From Spongospora subterranea f. sp. subterranea (Eukaryota): DNA of 36,411 nucleotides. The notes under the pieces were generated by a model that was given only the letters and a program-made list of their open reading frames with translations, was not told where the DNA came from and searched no databases. Made by a program: the position numbers and the translations under genes. The stretch is taken from positions 62,001 to 98,411 of the forward strand of contig JAUGWO010000075.1 in assembly GCA_049724395.1 (NCBI GenBank), written 5' to 3'. Shown here piece by piece: positions 23,001 through 36,411 of this stretch. How positions within the stretch are numbered: position 1 is the stretch's first letter; the number at the start of each line of letters is the position of its first letter.

Positions 23001-26000
23001 CATTTCGAAATGTTTGCCGGATTTGGCGGTGCCCTTAGAAGTGAGACAATGAAATGATGATGATACCACCTTTCCCTCGCGGTTCCATTCAAAGGACCAT
23101 GGAGAAGCGGTTGGGTTGATAACATGGAATCTTCTTGTATTGCGAACCCGAGTCCCAAGAGATTTAAACTCGATCACTTTCCATGTTCCTGCATCAGGTT
23201 TTGCACCTGCACACAAAGTATAAGGTCCACATTGAAAACAACAACTAAAATAACCGTCAATCGAAGATAGAATTAAGGCGAACCTGGAATAGTTGAAGAT
23301 CGCCTGCCGGCCGTGAGATAATCCGAGTTGATCAGATCAATATGGCAATTAGGCCTCTGCCCTTCACCAGCAATATCGATCTGAATGCGTTCATTGATTT
23401 CCATGATAGTGCAGATCAGTTGACCCGTAAGCTGGGCAGCATCAAGTGGGCAGAACTGCACATTGAACCTCTCGTCTTGACTACCAGGAATGACACCATT
23501 TTTGGGACTAATTGTAAATGGAGAATCGTCTTCGCAGTCAAGGAATATAATCAGTCTAACGGTAACATACATAGCAAAAATTATACTGACCGTTAGGGAA
23601 AACAGTCCAAGAGTAAGTCAGTTTGGTGAGAGACTTATTCATGATTGGGAAAGTGAAAACACGGGTCTGATACATCATCGTCGGAGCGAAAAAAATGGGG
23701 TTTGTGTCGCATTCAAACACACATCGATCGCAAGTTACGTTGCAAGTGATCGTTTCCTGCAGTTTTTCTTCCCCAAGACTATGGGACGGTTCAGGAACCA
23801 CTTGCGCGATCTCATTTCCGTCGGCGTTGTACGCAATCACTCTCATTGTGTCGTCCCAATCATCCTGGTCGGCTTCAAAAAGCGATATTGCCTGAATTTG
23901 GCAATAAAGGGGCTCTCCAACGTACTTCACGTTACGATCCGACTTGAATGTCACGAACATGACCTTTTCGCAATGGGGGGCCAGATGCCCAACGCTTGGT
24001 GAAACAATAAAATGATTCGAAGAATGTGACTGCCATTGAAACCTGAAAAACCAGTTCCGTAAGCGCGAAAAATGAAATTCGAGTCAAAACCATTTCTACC
24101 GATAATGCGAGCTTGAATGGTTAATCAAGGTGGTACACAGCTGCACAGGGACGTTAACATTTACGTCCCCCCAATCAAGGGTGGAGGTTCGCTCATCAAC
24201 AGCTACATCCTTTTGAAATGCGATGCCAGTCAAGTCGAAAACTGTTGATTCAAAAGAGTTTCTTAGGACAGACATCCGCAACTTTGCTCGGCGGTCTCCG
24301 AGTGCAACAGGTGCAAACGCAACACTCAGCACATTTTGACTCTGGGCTGCGATGGTCAACATTGTTCCGAGACCTGAGAAACCGAAATCGCCCCCAGCAT
24401 CGTCTAGATCGAAGCGGACGGTCGCCGCAACCAGACCATCGTTACGAACAGTTATGGATTTTGAGACTGGTGGACGGCCAGAGAATACCCGCCCAAATTC
24501 GACTGCCACCGTGCCGGTGGATGTGCGGCCTAAATGCCACAGCATGTATAAGTTTTATGTCGCACCTTTTGGGTGTCACTGATGTTTGCAAGCATGATAT
24601 CAAATGCAGGTCAAACGATTTGTGTGGATAACTGATGCGTTTTTCCGAAAAACCCAGTAACTTCACTAACCACAAGGTTCAACAACGTTGACTGTTGGCA
24701 GTGTTCCTTCTCCTTGCAGATCAAACTGTAGAAAACACGAAGCGTTCCGATCGACATCGGCGCGGAAAACTGCAGAGTAAGTCTTGATTGATTGCGGCGC
24801 GAACGACACCTTGAAACGCAGATGGAATTACGATTCCTTGACATTGTTGGCGAGTGTCTTACCGTGACGTATCGATGTTCATGGTTTGGAATGGAGAGGG
24901 CAGCCGGTTGTACATCGAAAGCTCCATCGCAATCCTTTTCAATTTTAAAAGTTACTTCACATGCGATTTTTCCAGGATTAGTGATTTTCAATCGCTCTTT
25001 GACGATAGAATGCGCGTCAACAATGACAGGAGCAAACCTTCATGAGCCAAAACAATTCTTGATCAGAGGAAAGATGTGCACGCCAGTGACAGAACCTGCA
25101 TTCCTCACCTGAATAACTTAGAATCTAATACGAACACGTTCTTGTTCAATATCTGGGGCACGGAACGATAAACGGCCTGCTCCTCGAATATGGAATCAAA
25201 GTCATTCACTACAATGGAGGAATTGCATGCTGTTTGCGACAATTATCAGCCATTGTACGGATCCCAATACAGTAAAATTTGACACCCTCGGCGGTAAGTT
25301 CAAGTTGTGATGGGGCCGTATCCACGTTCGACACCAAAATGCTGAGCAGCACTCGAAATAATCCTTCGGACGACGCTTTGAAATCCACAGTCACTGTCCC
25401 GGAACAGCTCGGGTCAATTTCTCCATTGACAGTGGATATCTAGACTTCTGTTAGAACGTCAATTGAAATCAATCTGTTGAAGTTGATTACAGTAAAAGAG
25501 TTAATGGACAACTTCGAAACGACCTCAGCGGAATTCTTGGACGTGGATGCGGCATCGACGACGTCATAGTGAAACGGGAACTCGCCCACGTTAAGAATCT
25601 GAAACGACTTAGAGCGCTCCGATCCCACCTGAGTATAACTGTAAAGACGCGAGCGCTTCCAAATTTCGTAGGGAGAACCTGTATTGAACCAAAATGAATG
25701 GAACGCGCTGGTTGGACCCGGTATCGATTGTATTTGGAAGAACCGCTCAACCTAAGAGACACGAGAATAGATAAGATTATTGATGAAGACTTGATACAAA
25801 TAAAATGCGAAAATAATTTGCTGAAAAAACGTGAAACCAAAAACACGATCTGGATCTATAGTAAAGTAGCAGCTATGATTACTACGTCGTAGCCTTTGAT
25901 GGGTATTTCATTACGGCTTAAATCAATTTGCTGATGCGAAAGTCGGGATCGAGCCCCAATTCCAGGTGGGCAAAACTTGCTTTAGTGAGAATCACTGATC

Positions 26001-29000
26001 TTACCGAATAACGGTGCTCTCGATAATGGTCTTGCGAAACGACTCGATGAGTTCTACTTTAATGGACGGGATTGCCTTCATAACCGTCTCATCTTTGGTC
26101 AGGAACTTCAAACTGATCTTTGCTACGTTGGCCCCAGGTGTCAGTATGCCCGACATAGGAGCAATAGTCAGATTTTGATCTAGCATTCGCTTCTGACGCA
26201 TGCTTTTCCCTACTGTAGAGATCTGATAGGCAATATCGTACTTTCCTGAATGTTAAAGGTTCTTCGAGTCAATACAGATCTGGCCACATAAACAATAAAC
26301 AGCAAATCGGTGACATCGAAAGTAAGAAAAAATTCAAGAGATCGAAAGGTTGCGATAGAGGTGCATTGTGATATCTCTGCATATCCGAAAATAAAAACTT
26401 TCAGGTAACATTTGCCTACCGTTATTGGAAAGGGAGAAGAATCTCTCTGAAGTATCTCCGACTCTGGTTCTACCAAAATCAATAATGCCATCATCGCATT
26501 GCTCAACCTGTCATAAATATATCACATATAGAAAACGATTTTGAGTGCCAGAGATTTGTCTGATAAGGTTAATTATGGTTTTTGATTGATTCCTACATTG
26601 GCATTCACACCAAACGCCTCAGCCGTTATTCTGATTGAACGAGAATCAACGTCCCGGCCGACTGCGTCGCGAACCAGCAGATCGACGGTCCAGTCAACCA
26701 GGATTTCTTCGCTGGAGGAAAATAAGATTGCAACGCTGATTGTCGCATTGGGTTGCAGCATTCCAGCTCGGGGATGCATCTTTACTTGCGTTGGCCAAGT
26801 CGGCAACTTCGACTAACATGAAAACCATCAATTATTCGAAAACGGCAAAAACTATGCAGATTTCTCACTCACAGATATTTCCCAGTGTAAGGGGACCAAT
26901 GATGCATTGTTGAATGTCAAAGAGCGGCTATCTTGGTTGCCAACCAGTAGACGATCGAATGATACCAGATGCGAAGGTCCAGCACCAGCACCGTCGATAT
27001 TCAGGTTTGGTCGCGCGCCAGTACACTGCACAACGAATGTGATCTCACGTGCATTGTGATCAAGCTTGATGCGGAGCTTGCGTTGATGAACACCGAGAAC
27101 GCTGGGGGTTGCCCACACCTAAGTACTTGATTACGTATCTTCAGATGATATTGTCATCACTGTTCATTTACTTTGATTAGGCCGACGTCATTAACGGGAA
27201 TTTCCAAAGACGTTGGCTCGAATTTGAAGTTGGTGTTAGACGAACCGCCTTCTGGAATGGGCTCTTCCCAGGAGATCGCTACACAGGCGGGAAAAAGACC
27301 CACATTAGAAAGGCGGAAAACCTCTGGGGATACATCGTCGCCTAGCAGGACGGGGCCGAAATCGAAAATTTGCCTATCGGTGAGGAAAACGCGTTGAACC
27401 GGAGATCGCCCAGGTTTCGTGGTCGATGTTTTAGCACGATGAAGGAAAACTGAGCGGGGATCTGTTGATATATCAGGGATGGCAGTCGTTCCTGAACAAG
27501 AAATTGAATATTGTTGTGAGCGATCTCCCACAACTTCGAAGGTCAGATCAGATTTAAATTGGCCTTCGTTTTCGCTGCAAAATACGACACCTAAATCGAT
27601 AGATGAGTTCGCTGGTAGTACCCATCGATATGGAGCTTCGTTCGCAAAACGAAATTTAGCCCTATGCAGACAGAGGGATACATAAAAAAATTAGCACAGC
27701 AGAAAGTTGAAGTTTACGGAATGGGTGATGTGGGTTTGGTGCGCGAGGGTGGACGATGGACAATCTCGTAGAGATGTGGGGGAGGAATTCGCGCAGCCAC
27801 AATTGCCGCCTCTTCGCGATTGAGGTGATTATTGACGGCATCGACACCAAAAGATATAAGATCGTCATTAGAGATCATCGTATCAAATATCAGCATCTGC
27901 CGGTCCAAATTGATTCGAGTTTCCATGTCGGCGTCAACATCCACTTTGAACATGGAATTAAACGGATCTGGAGCACCAAACGAAATGCAATACGTTCGAA
28001 TAGGCCGCAATCCGGCAGATGGCATGGAGCGTTCCATCAAATTCGATATAACGAAAGCTCCTGCTTTGTTACCTTCAATTGCGACTTTGCATCTGGTGTT
28101 TTCAAACATGATACCCCCAATGGTAGATGCTTTATCGGGAGATAATATAGCATCATCTCGTCGATAGCAGTAATCATCTACAAGTTTATCGAGAAGATCG
28201 TTGGAGAGGTAGACGGGTTCACCGGACGCCATGGCGTCCTGGACTGCGATTGACAAAGTAAAACTGCTCGGGACACCGTCAAGTTTCTTTTTCTTTTTTT
28301 CAGCGACAACTAGCTTGGTATCCAAAGTAGCATTGGCATAGTGTTCAACGATGCGGTCCAGATCCAATACAAGGAGGTTAAAATTTTCAGTGAGGGACTC
28401 TGTTAATCCGCCTGTGCCACAAGATGGTGGAGACCCTAACAACACTATCTGCTTCCATTGGGCTATGGGTGCGGCAGTCTCTTTTTCTAAAACCTTAGAA
28501 GCTTCAGCTGAGCCTATAAAGTCGCTGATCCGAGCTCCAGCTCGTCTTGGTTCAATTAGAAAGACCCCGTGCTCATCAAATTGCCCTTTTTCCCTTATCA
28601 ACGCCTAACAAGAAACACCCTATCAGGCACATTCAACAATATGAAACTGATCGCACCTCTTCCGTCAGAAAAATCTCGTCAAATTCAACATTGAAAAACT
28701 CGAGATCATGATCAGTATCATTGAAGACACAAATTTTGGACAGAGTTGACATTTGGCCAGGAAGGACGGGATGTACCACAATGGTATCCGGTTCAAACCG
28801 GAGGCGTAGAAAACGTCCTCGTCCCCTTAGAGAAAGCGCTATATCACTCTTCGGATTGTGTGACACTTTTACAGGTAAACGAATGGACAGTTCGTGAATG
28901 TCAAATGGCGTCATTGAAACCGACACATCGATGTGAGACCCGGGCTGCAATAAACAGGATTTGGGAGTGATCGAGAACGACTTTCCCAATGTGGTTGTTG

Positions 29001-32000
29001 TGAAACTCCTAAACATATCATATTGAGTGAAAACACGAAACTTGGCCAGATGCCAAACATCAAAATAATAAAAGTAATCATTATTATATTTACCAAAACC
29101 ACAACGAAATCTAGAGTTCTACAGAAGATAAGTTGGAACACCGGCGGACAGTGTTGGTACAACTGTGTTTAGTCAAACCATTCGGAGGCGACAGGAGTGG
29201 GGTTCACGATTCGAAAAAAATGAACAGAACGACGACCAATCACCACGTCGCCAAAATCGATGCAGCTGCTGGAGAGTGCAATATCGGGTACCGTGACGTT
29301 GGCGTTGACTTGAATCCGGCATGTCGATCCAACTCCTAAACACATGTCGACAACAGCGCTGACGTCACCGACCGCCTCCGTTTTTTTATTGGGAGCATGA
29401 TACGAGATCGTAAATTTCATGGATTGCCCCGGGGGGAAGTCTATTACTTTCATGGGATCGATGCGGAATGGCGCTGACCCAAGTTCCTGCTTATCGACCT
29501 CAATCGTAATGGGGACATCACCACAGTTCGAGAATTCGAATGAACATTTTCGTGTTGTGCCCCGGACTATATAACCAAAATCGCAAACATATGTCGACAG
29601 CGGAGCGTTGACGATCATGCTGTTAACGGGAATCAAAGAGTCTAAAGTAACTGGGTGATCTTGCGCATTCAGCAAGGAGATCAGCTGATCGCGAAGAGGT
29701 ATTTGCGAAAGAGTTGTAGTGGGGAAGGACGTTGTGGCCAGAGAGCAGATTCCCGACCCCGTTACAGTAATTTTTCTTGGAAGAAAGTATCCTACGAACA
29801 AGTCGAAATACGCTTCGACAAGGGATGGGCGACGGGCAATAAATTTGATGCGAAACCGTTGTTGCGACCCAGAAGCAACCTAAATTCGAAAATCAGTTCT
29901 TGGTTAACATGACGAGGGGTAGAAAAAGTTTTTTGCGCCGAAACAGCCACGAATACACATTCATAGGATGGTGCCGTTTGATTGTAGTTGTAGAATGTGC
30001 AATTGCAGGTTCCAAAATCTTGAAAAATCAAACATGGTGTGCTACTAGGCCAACGCCATCTGATGACTCATTTTGCAAAGCTTACTTGTATCCTAGATGG
30101 TTTTACAAGAAGGTTGTTAGTAAAGTTGGTCGGAATGGCGATTCGAACATCGATGGACACCCGTCCGGTATTGTGGAGAAAAAGTTCACGCTCATGAACC
30201 GAAAAGTATTCAATAGCACCAAAATCGATTCGGTCATCAACGCAATCAATCTTATAAGCCACCATTGATGCATCTCCTGTAATTTGAATAACGTATTCTG
30301 GGCCGCCATGAACGTCGCAAATCGCGGTACATCCGGCCGAAATATTGGAGTGGCCAAAGAAGCTGACGTTGAAATGTTGCGTTTCGCCCGGTGGTACAAT
30401 GCCGCGAATTGGATGGATATCAAAGACTGCCAGTAAACTGTATCAATAAACCATGCAACATATACAATGAAAGAAAAAACCACATAGGCGATATAAACTG
30501 AGATGAAACGATACCTTCATTGGTAGGGAACAAGGGTTCTTCTAATTTTTTCCTGATTTTTGACGCAGTTTCATCACGATCGTGCTCCTTCAGATACGAC
30601 CACGCAAAAGCAGCAGCAGTCGATGTATTGTTGGTAGCACTAATGGTTTGTTTGACCAGAGTATTGTTTAAAACGGGCCCAAATCTGTAGGTAAAAGTTA
30701 TTCAGCTTGTAAAGATAAAAATCGGACACTGAATACGTTAGTAAATTTGTTGAGAAGACAAGATTCGGATAGTCGATATGCGCAAACAATGCGATTTTAT
30801 CGCGGGTTGGGTGATTGAAATAAGATAGAACCAGCTGCCCATTGATGGTCTCGCTGACATTTGTTTCAGACACCGTCATGTTGAAAGTCACTTCGATAGA
30901 GGTTCGCTCTCCAGGATTCAATGTCACTTCCAGCCTATCGACTGTGAACGGGTTTTTTACTCCAACTACAAAAGAAACCGGTAATGGGGTGAGATTCCTG
31001 AGCCTGGTCGATCTGGATATAGCTCGAGCCTGCTAAATGTTTTAGCGAAACTGAATCTCATAGAGATCAAGACATTACTGGAATTTCAGGATCGTATCGA
31101 TAGCTAAAGTGCATTGACTCTAAAGAGAATTCGACTTTTGGATCGATAAAATTGCCACTGATCAAGGAATGATAGATATCAACGGGATCTTTGTTGCCAT
31201 GAATTAACGTAGAGCATGTCCATATTTCCTGTACGACAGCAGGTGCAGTACATTTGCCTTCTATGGTGAAGATTTGCGACGATCCGGGCTGGATGACAAC
31301 TTTTGCAGGGCTGATTTTGAAAACCCCTTGACCTTCGTCGCAGATCCAAGAGAGTGTTTGGGAACGTACTCCTTGATTATCCAGGCGAAAGGGGACCCTA
31401 TAAAACGATGTTGAGCAGATAGAATGTCATCATCAATAATGGCATATACACAATTGATTGAACAAGAAAACTGAGAAGCCAAAGTGGCATAAAACGGGCA
31501 TAGTTTAATCACATAAATCTATATTTGGGAGAAGTAATGGATGTGAAATCGTATCGTTATAAGTATTGTCAATAATGATAAGAAACGTAATGTAACGATA
31601 ACATTTGGAGGATAGTGCGGGATGAGTAACTAACGTAGCAGTCTGTACAGTCATTGTATGTGAGATATCAATCATATCCATATTGATCGGGGATGTGATT
31701 GTACTCCCAACACCCATAGCTCGACATTGGATCTGAATATGATCGCCTTCCTGAATCAAACAAATTTGCGACCGCGCGCCGCACCAACCGGGAAAGCTTA
31801 CCTCGACTAATACGTGGACCGTATCTCTGAACATGACGCTGTCATCGCAAACTAGGCGAACTGACATCTCGATCTGAAAAAAAACGAATCAGAGTATGCA
31901 TCAGACAAGCTCTTTCTACAAATACTTGTTCACCAGGTTGTACAACGCCTTCTCTTGGACTGACGACGAAATTTGACAAACGATGCGCGGCGAACGCCAC

Positions 32001-35000
32001 GAATCGCGCTTCGATGGGCGTGTCATTACGAAGCTTAAACCCTAGAGTGGTTGGCTGCAAAACGGGGGTATCGTGCCAATCGAGAAACTGCCTAGATATC
32101 AAGACACTATTATAAAAGGTGATATTGTTGGTTCAAAACATACTACACTATCCATGCCCATTAGGCTGAAACAAACTGTTAACCCCACGTCCAACTCATT
32201 TAGTTACGGTAGTAAGAACTCCAAATGACAATATTCAGACACGAAACATATTGTATCTTTCACTAAATAATTACAATACTTGGAGGATAACAGTCGAGAG
32301 CCGATTCCTACAGCCGTTACGGAAATTTGAGTCGGCATCGCTGTTGAGCCAATCATTCTAATGTAGATTTGCACTTCAATATCACCTGAGCGCCCATTCA
32401 GAAAACAATTATCGGAAAGCAATTACATGACCTAGAGATTCAGATGTGAACTCAATCTTTAGAGGGTAGGTTGACCGAGGCAAAATTGTTCCAGTACTAT
32501 TAAGGAAGCGAACTCGAGCAGATCCAGCGCGAACGACCTGGTTTTGAAGCACGACTTCAAACATGACAGGTAGATCATTGGAATTTGAAATTTCTAGGGC
32601 TTGCTCGTATGGAAACCTAAAACATTTGCCCAGATCAGCAACAACAGTTGAACCATCCCATTCCTAAATCTGAACAAATTGGATATTGGGCAAAACATTG
32701 GCTAACAACAAAAATACCAACAAAATTGCAGGTTAATTTGTCGGTAAACTACCGAATGAAACAGCTGCCAAAGGATAACGACTCTTTGGCGAACGACACT
32801 TCCGGTACTTCGCATATCGCCTTGATCGGGATGGAAATGATATTTTGACCAACTCCTAGACCCAACAAACATAAATGGTGTTGGTGCGTGACAAAAAAGT
32901 TGAAACAACCTTCAATGTCGATAGCGATATTATGGCTGGCGTAATCGTGAATAGTCTCACTACATAGGTCGATATTGACAACACTGAGGGCGTGTGGCAA
33001 TATGGCCACGACCGATGGACTGATATCAATCTGCAAAGGACATATCTGTTTTAGGAACACTCGAATGGGTGATAAAAATGGTTCACATGAAATACTGTTT
33101 GTTCACCGAAACATTTTTTCTGTTGGTGAATAATGAAGAAACCTATGGTGTTGTCTGACCTCTCGGCGATGAAATTTGCCATCCTGTGGGCATCGTAAGT
33201 TGAAGCGGATGGGAATATCACTGGTGTTATTGATGGTCATCTGTCGTGTATTGATGAATCCAAATGAGACACGCCCAAAGTCCAAACGAGCCACGTCGAC
33301 CACGAATGTCGGAGCGATCGCTTCTCCCGACATGACGATCGTGATTGGTGACACCGAACCTCTCAACTCCCATGTTAGAACCTAAAATCAAAGAATTTTA
33401 GCCATCACGACAGTTTTAATCTCTAACGGCCTTCAATTGAGTATCTGGAATGTCTAAAGCAGATTTTGGCATTGTAGCAACCTCCGAACCTGGGTGTAAA
33501 CTTAACGGACCAGTACAAGTGATATTGTCATAGCAGGCATCGAAAATAATGAACAGATTTGGTCTCTATTTTTCATGACCGCAAAAGGCCAACACGCAGT
33601 TGCAAATCAAAAAAACAAATGTTGCTCGATCAAGTGTGCGATCCAACCTCATGAAACTGCCCCATTAAGGTAGTGGAGAAGGTAATGGAGATATTTTCAA
33701 CCTCTCCTACTTCAAGTCGGCCACAATCTGGTGACAGACGAAACCTAATCAACCCCAAACAGAAAGTCAGGATTTCGCGTGCGGTGAAAACCAGAGAAAT
33801 GACCTATCTGATGCAAGAGGATCCTGTAAGGAGAACTCGGCCGCGATCTGCCCAACGTTCTTCAGAACAACATGATAAGTATAAATGGCATTGACGTAGA
33901 CCAAGCCCAGATCCAGAGCATCGAATGAGAAAACGGCAGCCGGCCCGATACCGGAGCCAGACATACACAAGGGCAACCTTCGGCTGCGACCGTTAACATC
34001 ACAATAAGCCCAACTCGTATAGGTATCGGATGCCTCAGGGCAGAACGAAATCGTGAATTCTGTAATGGAGCAAACACTCATACATTAGAAGATCGAATTG
34101 CGAGATTGCGATAGAAACAATGCCCATCTTGAACTGAGACAGCATAGATCATAATTGAATGAAGTGGCACGGTACGAAAACACAAATCATGCAACTTGAG
34201 TGAATTGATTCCAACCAATAAATCCTCCAGGGAACAGCTCTCCTTGAAGAGGTTCAATATTGAAGTATTGGTCTGAAAATTTGGGCGGGGAGTCGATTGG
34301 TTCTTGGGTTTGTGTGTTTTGATTCACTGTTTATATTGACTCAGAACAAATCGATAACCCCATCGTGTCGACATGCACCACCCACTTGATTTCTCAGCGC
34401 ACTCAACTTGAGCGCCTTCGTCACAATCAAGATCCGACTCGTAAACAAGCCGGCGCCGATCGGCGATATCGTTATCAACGTCGCAATTCTATTGGAATCA
34501 ACACAATACTAGTTCGAAAACAAAAGGGACTCGAAAAATGTCATTTTGTGGTACCTTTAACCATCGAAATTGTACAGGAATGTCGCTATCATTATATAAA
34601 CGGATGGTGGATAATGTGATAAGATGGATATATGCAGAAGGGAGAATTATATGTTCGCAGTCCAGACTGATATCCACATCCGTTGTCGAATACAGCACCT
34701 TTGAGTGAGGGTAAACAGTCAACAAAAGTACTAAAACATTAAAGCAAAAACTGAGGTGACTTGATTGAAAGGATAAACGCAAATTTAATATTGTGAGCGC
34801 GCGACAACCTGGTGACAAAGAAACCGTCCCAACTTGTAAATCAACGCCTTTCCAACAAAGCAATTTGAATAAGTATGAACCATACTATGTTATTGATGAG
34901 TATTTCCAAACCAACGCCTTTTTCAGACCTGAATTAAATGAGATTGTGGACCATTATCGAATACCATCTCCATTGTGCTCTGTTCATCACATACACATGT

Positions 35001-35987
35001 GCCGGCGAATTCAACTTGGATCTGTTGATGGTCTTGTTTCGCCAGAATACCTGAACGAAAACGTGTTTGTTACGATATCTCGCGGAAACTTGAAATCATG
35101 GATTATATCGACATGTCTTATGGGAGAAATCGTGTCATACCATGAGCCGGAAACGTTTTTAGAGGCGATCTAGCTTTTAATTCCCATTTCACGTCGCGAT
35201 CACCGACGTTTCGTAATAAATATGTTTGGATCGAGGTGCAGTTGGTGGGGACGTTTTCAAATCGAATCTGGGTTGGAAATTCGAGTCGAGCAGGAACTCC
35301 AACACCTTCAACTGGAATAATGAACTGTTCCCGTTCAGTCAGAACTATCAAGTCGCATGCGTAATCGCAATATTCGTCTTCGGCGGTCAACACCACTTTA
35401 AATGTGATTTCCATGCCAGGGGCGACCTAACCAAATACAATTTAAAAATTGAAGGAATGAATACGTTGAGATGAGTTCTTATGATGTAGTGAAGGTGATA
35501 CGATCATAATAAAAAGACAAAATTTCACGTACATAGGAGATAACCCACTACATGAACGTTCAATGAACAGTTTTTAGACGATGTGACTGACATAAGAACC
35601 AACGAGAAAGAGATAAATCGTAGTTCTTTGAACCTTTGATGTTTGATGACCAGAGCGGTTGAAGGAAGATATGGCGAAATGTGTGGATTCAGGTGGTAAG
35701 ACTCGAACGCGTCTTGCAACAGTATCCAGATTTCTCAAACGGACGACGATTGACATTGGTTGAAAAGCTTTGAATTTGTGGAATTCAACACGACCGGGAA
35801 GGGCGGCGAATAATGGGGTTTCCAGAGGTAGCGTCGAGGTTTTCTGGAACGGTTGATTGGGCAAAAGCTCAGCTACAATTGTCGGCGGAGCCAGACTGGT
35901 TTTGGAACCAGAATCGGATTTGGAAATTTGATTGGATGGAATGGCGTCAGTCCCTGGGTGGGGAACCTCAACGCCAATTGCATCCAT
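17056..35987 (-). CDS. HYDIN: Hydin, axonemal central-pair apparatus protein; dozens of short exons
   Basis: Long run of ASH/PapD-like Ig exons with Hydin-type motifs: N-terminal LFAALPGRVEF...LRNLDTVARRVRVLPPESTHF, DYACDLIVLTEREQF, AYCDVNGRSRRLPLCMSGSGIGPAA.FSFD.LDLG, DFDSIFEEQ, DDWDDTMRVI, RPNCHIDLINSDYLTAGRR, and C-terminal GGEYRCALHGHCDPPRPE|GP...FRNVF...WIYYLHG*. The junctions checked are in frame and GT-AG. The start ATG at 35987 is probable, not certain. Confidence 0.95.
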
Positions 35988-36411
35988 GATCACAATAGGA
36001 TGGTTGATTATATCAGTATTGGTTATGTGCACAAAGGCGGGTTGTTAGGCGATTTTACTGCCCCAATGAGACTGTCTGAGACAGACTGGAACTTGATGAT
36101 GTTCCTGGTTTATGTGTGACCGGGTACTGTACTAGCTAATCATGCAATTGCCGCCAAAAAGTTTCTTTTTGCGGAACCAAACATTAGCTTTACTATAGGT
36201 GTGGACCCCAATCCCACCAACTGCTGCGTTATCATTGGCCGTTTGATTTTGTTAATGCAGTTAATTTACTAGATTATATTCAGATAATCTCCAATTCCAG
36301 AAAATGACCAACAATTCTCAGGATGATGTTAGATAACGATTCCATCAATGGAAATTGATCTCTTGTGGAACAGAAGGGTAAAAGCTCGTTTAAATTGGAT
36401 TTTCAGCATGA

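Noticed and set aside
17144..36119. Numerous plus-strand ORFs opposite HYDIN
   Set aside because: Antisense shadows of HYDIN exons with no independent motifs.

Overview
Intron-rich, gene-dense eukaryotic DNA of moderate GC, with short GT-AG introns. It comes from a flagellated organism (HYDIN present), most plausibly a protist such as a plasmodiophorid; that taxonomic guess is inference. Housekeeping genes: an SLC25 mitochondrial carrier with a GC-AG first intron, TFIIF alpha, a DBP4/DDX10 helicase head-to-head with a small basic ORF, MPDU1, and a ~19 kb HYDIN gene. Two accessory islands interrupt them. (1) ~4.7-7.5 kb: a decayed Crypton-type tyrosine-recombinase transposon (NDC10-II-like YR plus GCR1_C domain) bounded by 18-bp inverted repeats. 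Its 5' coding region is replaced by an inverted duplication forming a ~136-bp hairpin, and it sits just upstream of the TFIIF alpha start codon next to a degenerate ~55-bp repeat array. (2) ~12.8-16.8 kb: an AT-rich island of three decayed tandem paralogues of an unrecognised gene, carrying a 461-bp foldback element and a near-perfect 65-bp tandem repeat with an internal palindrome. No CRISPR array, tRNA or rRNA was recognised.
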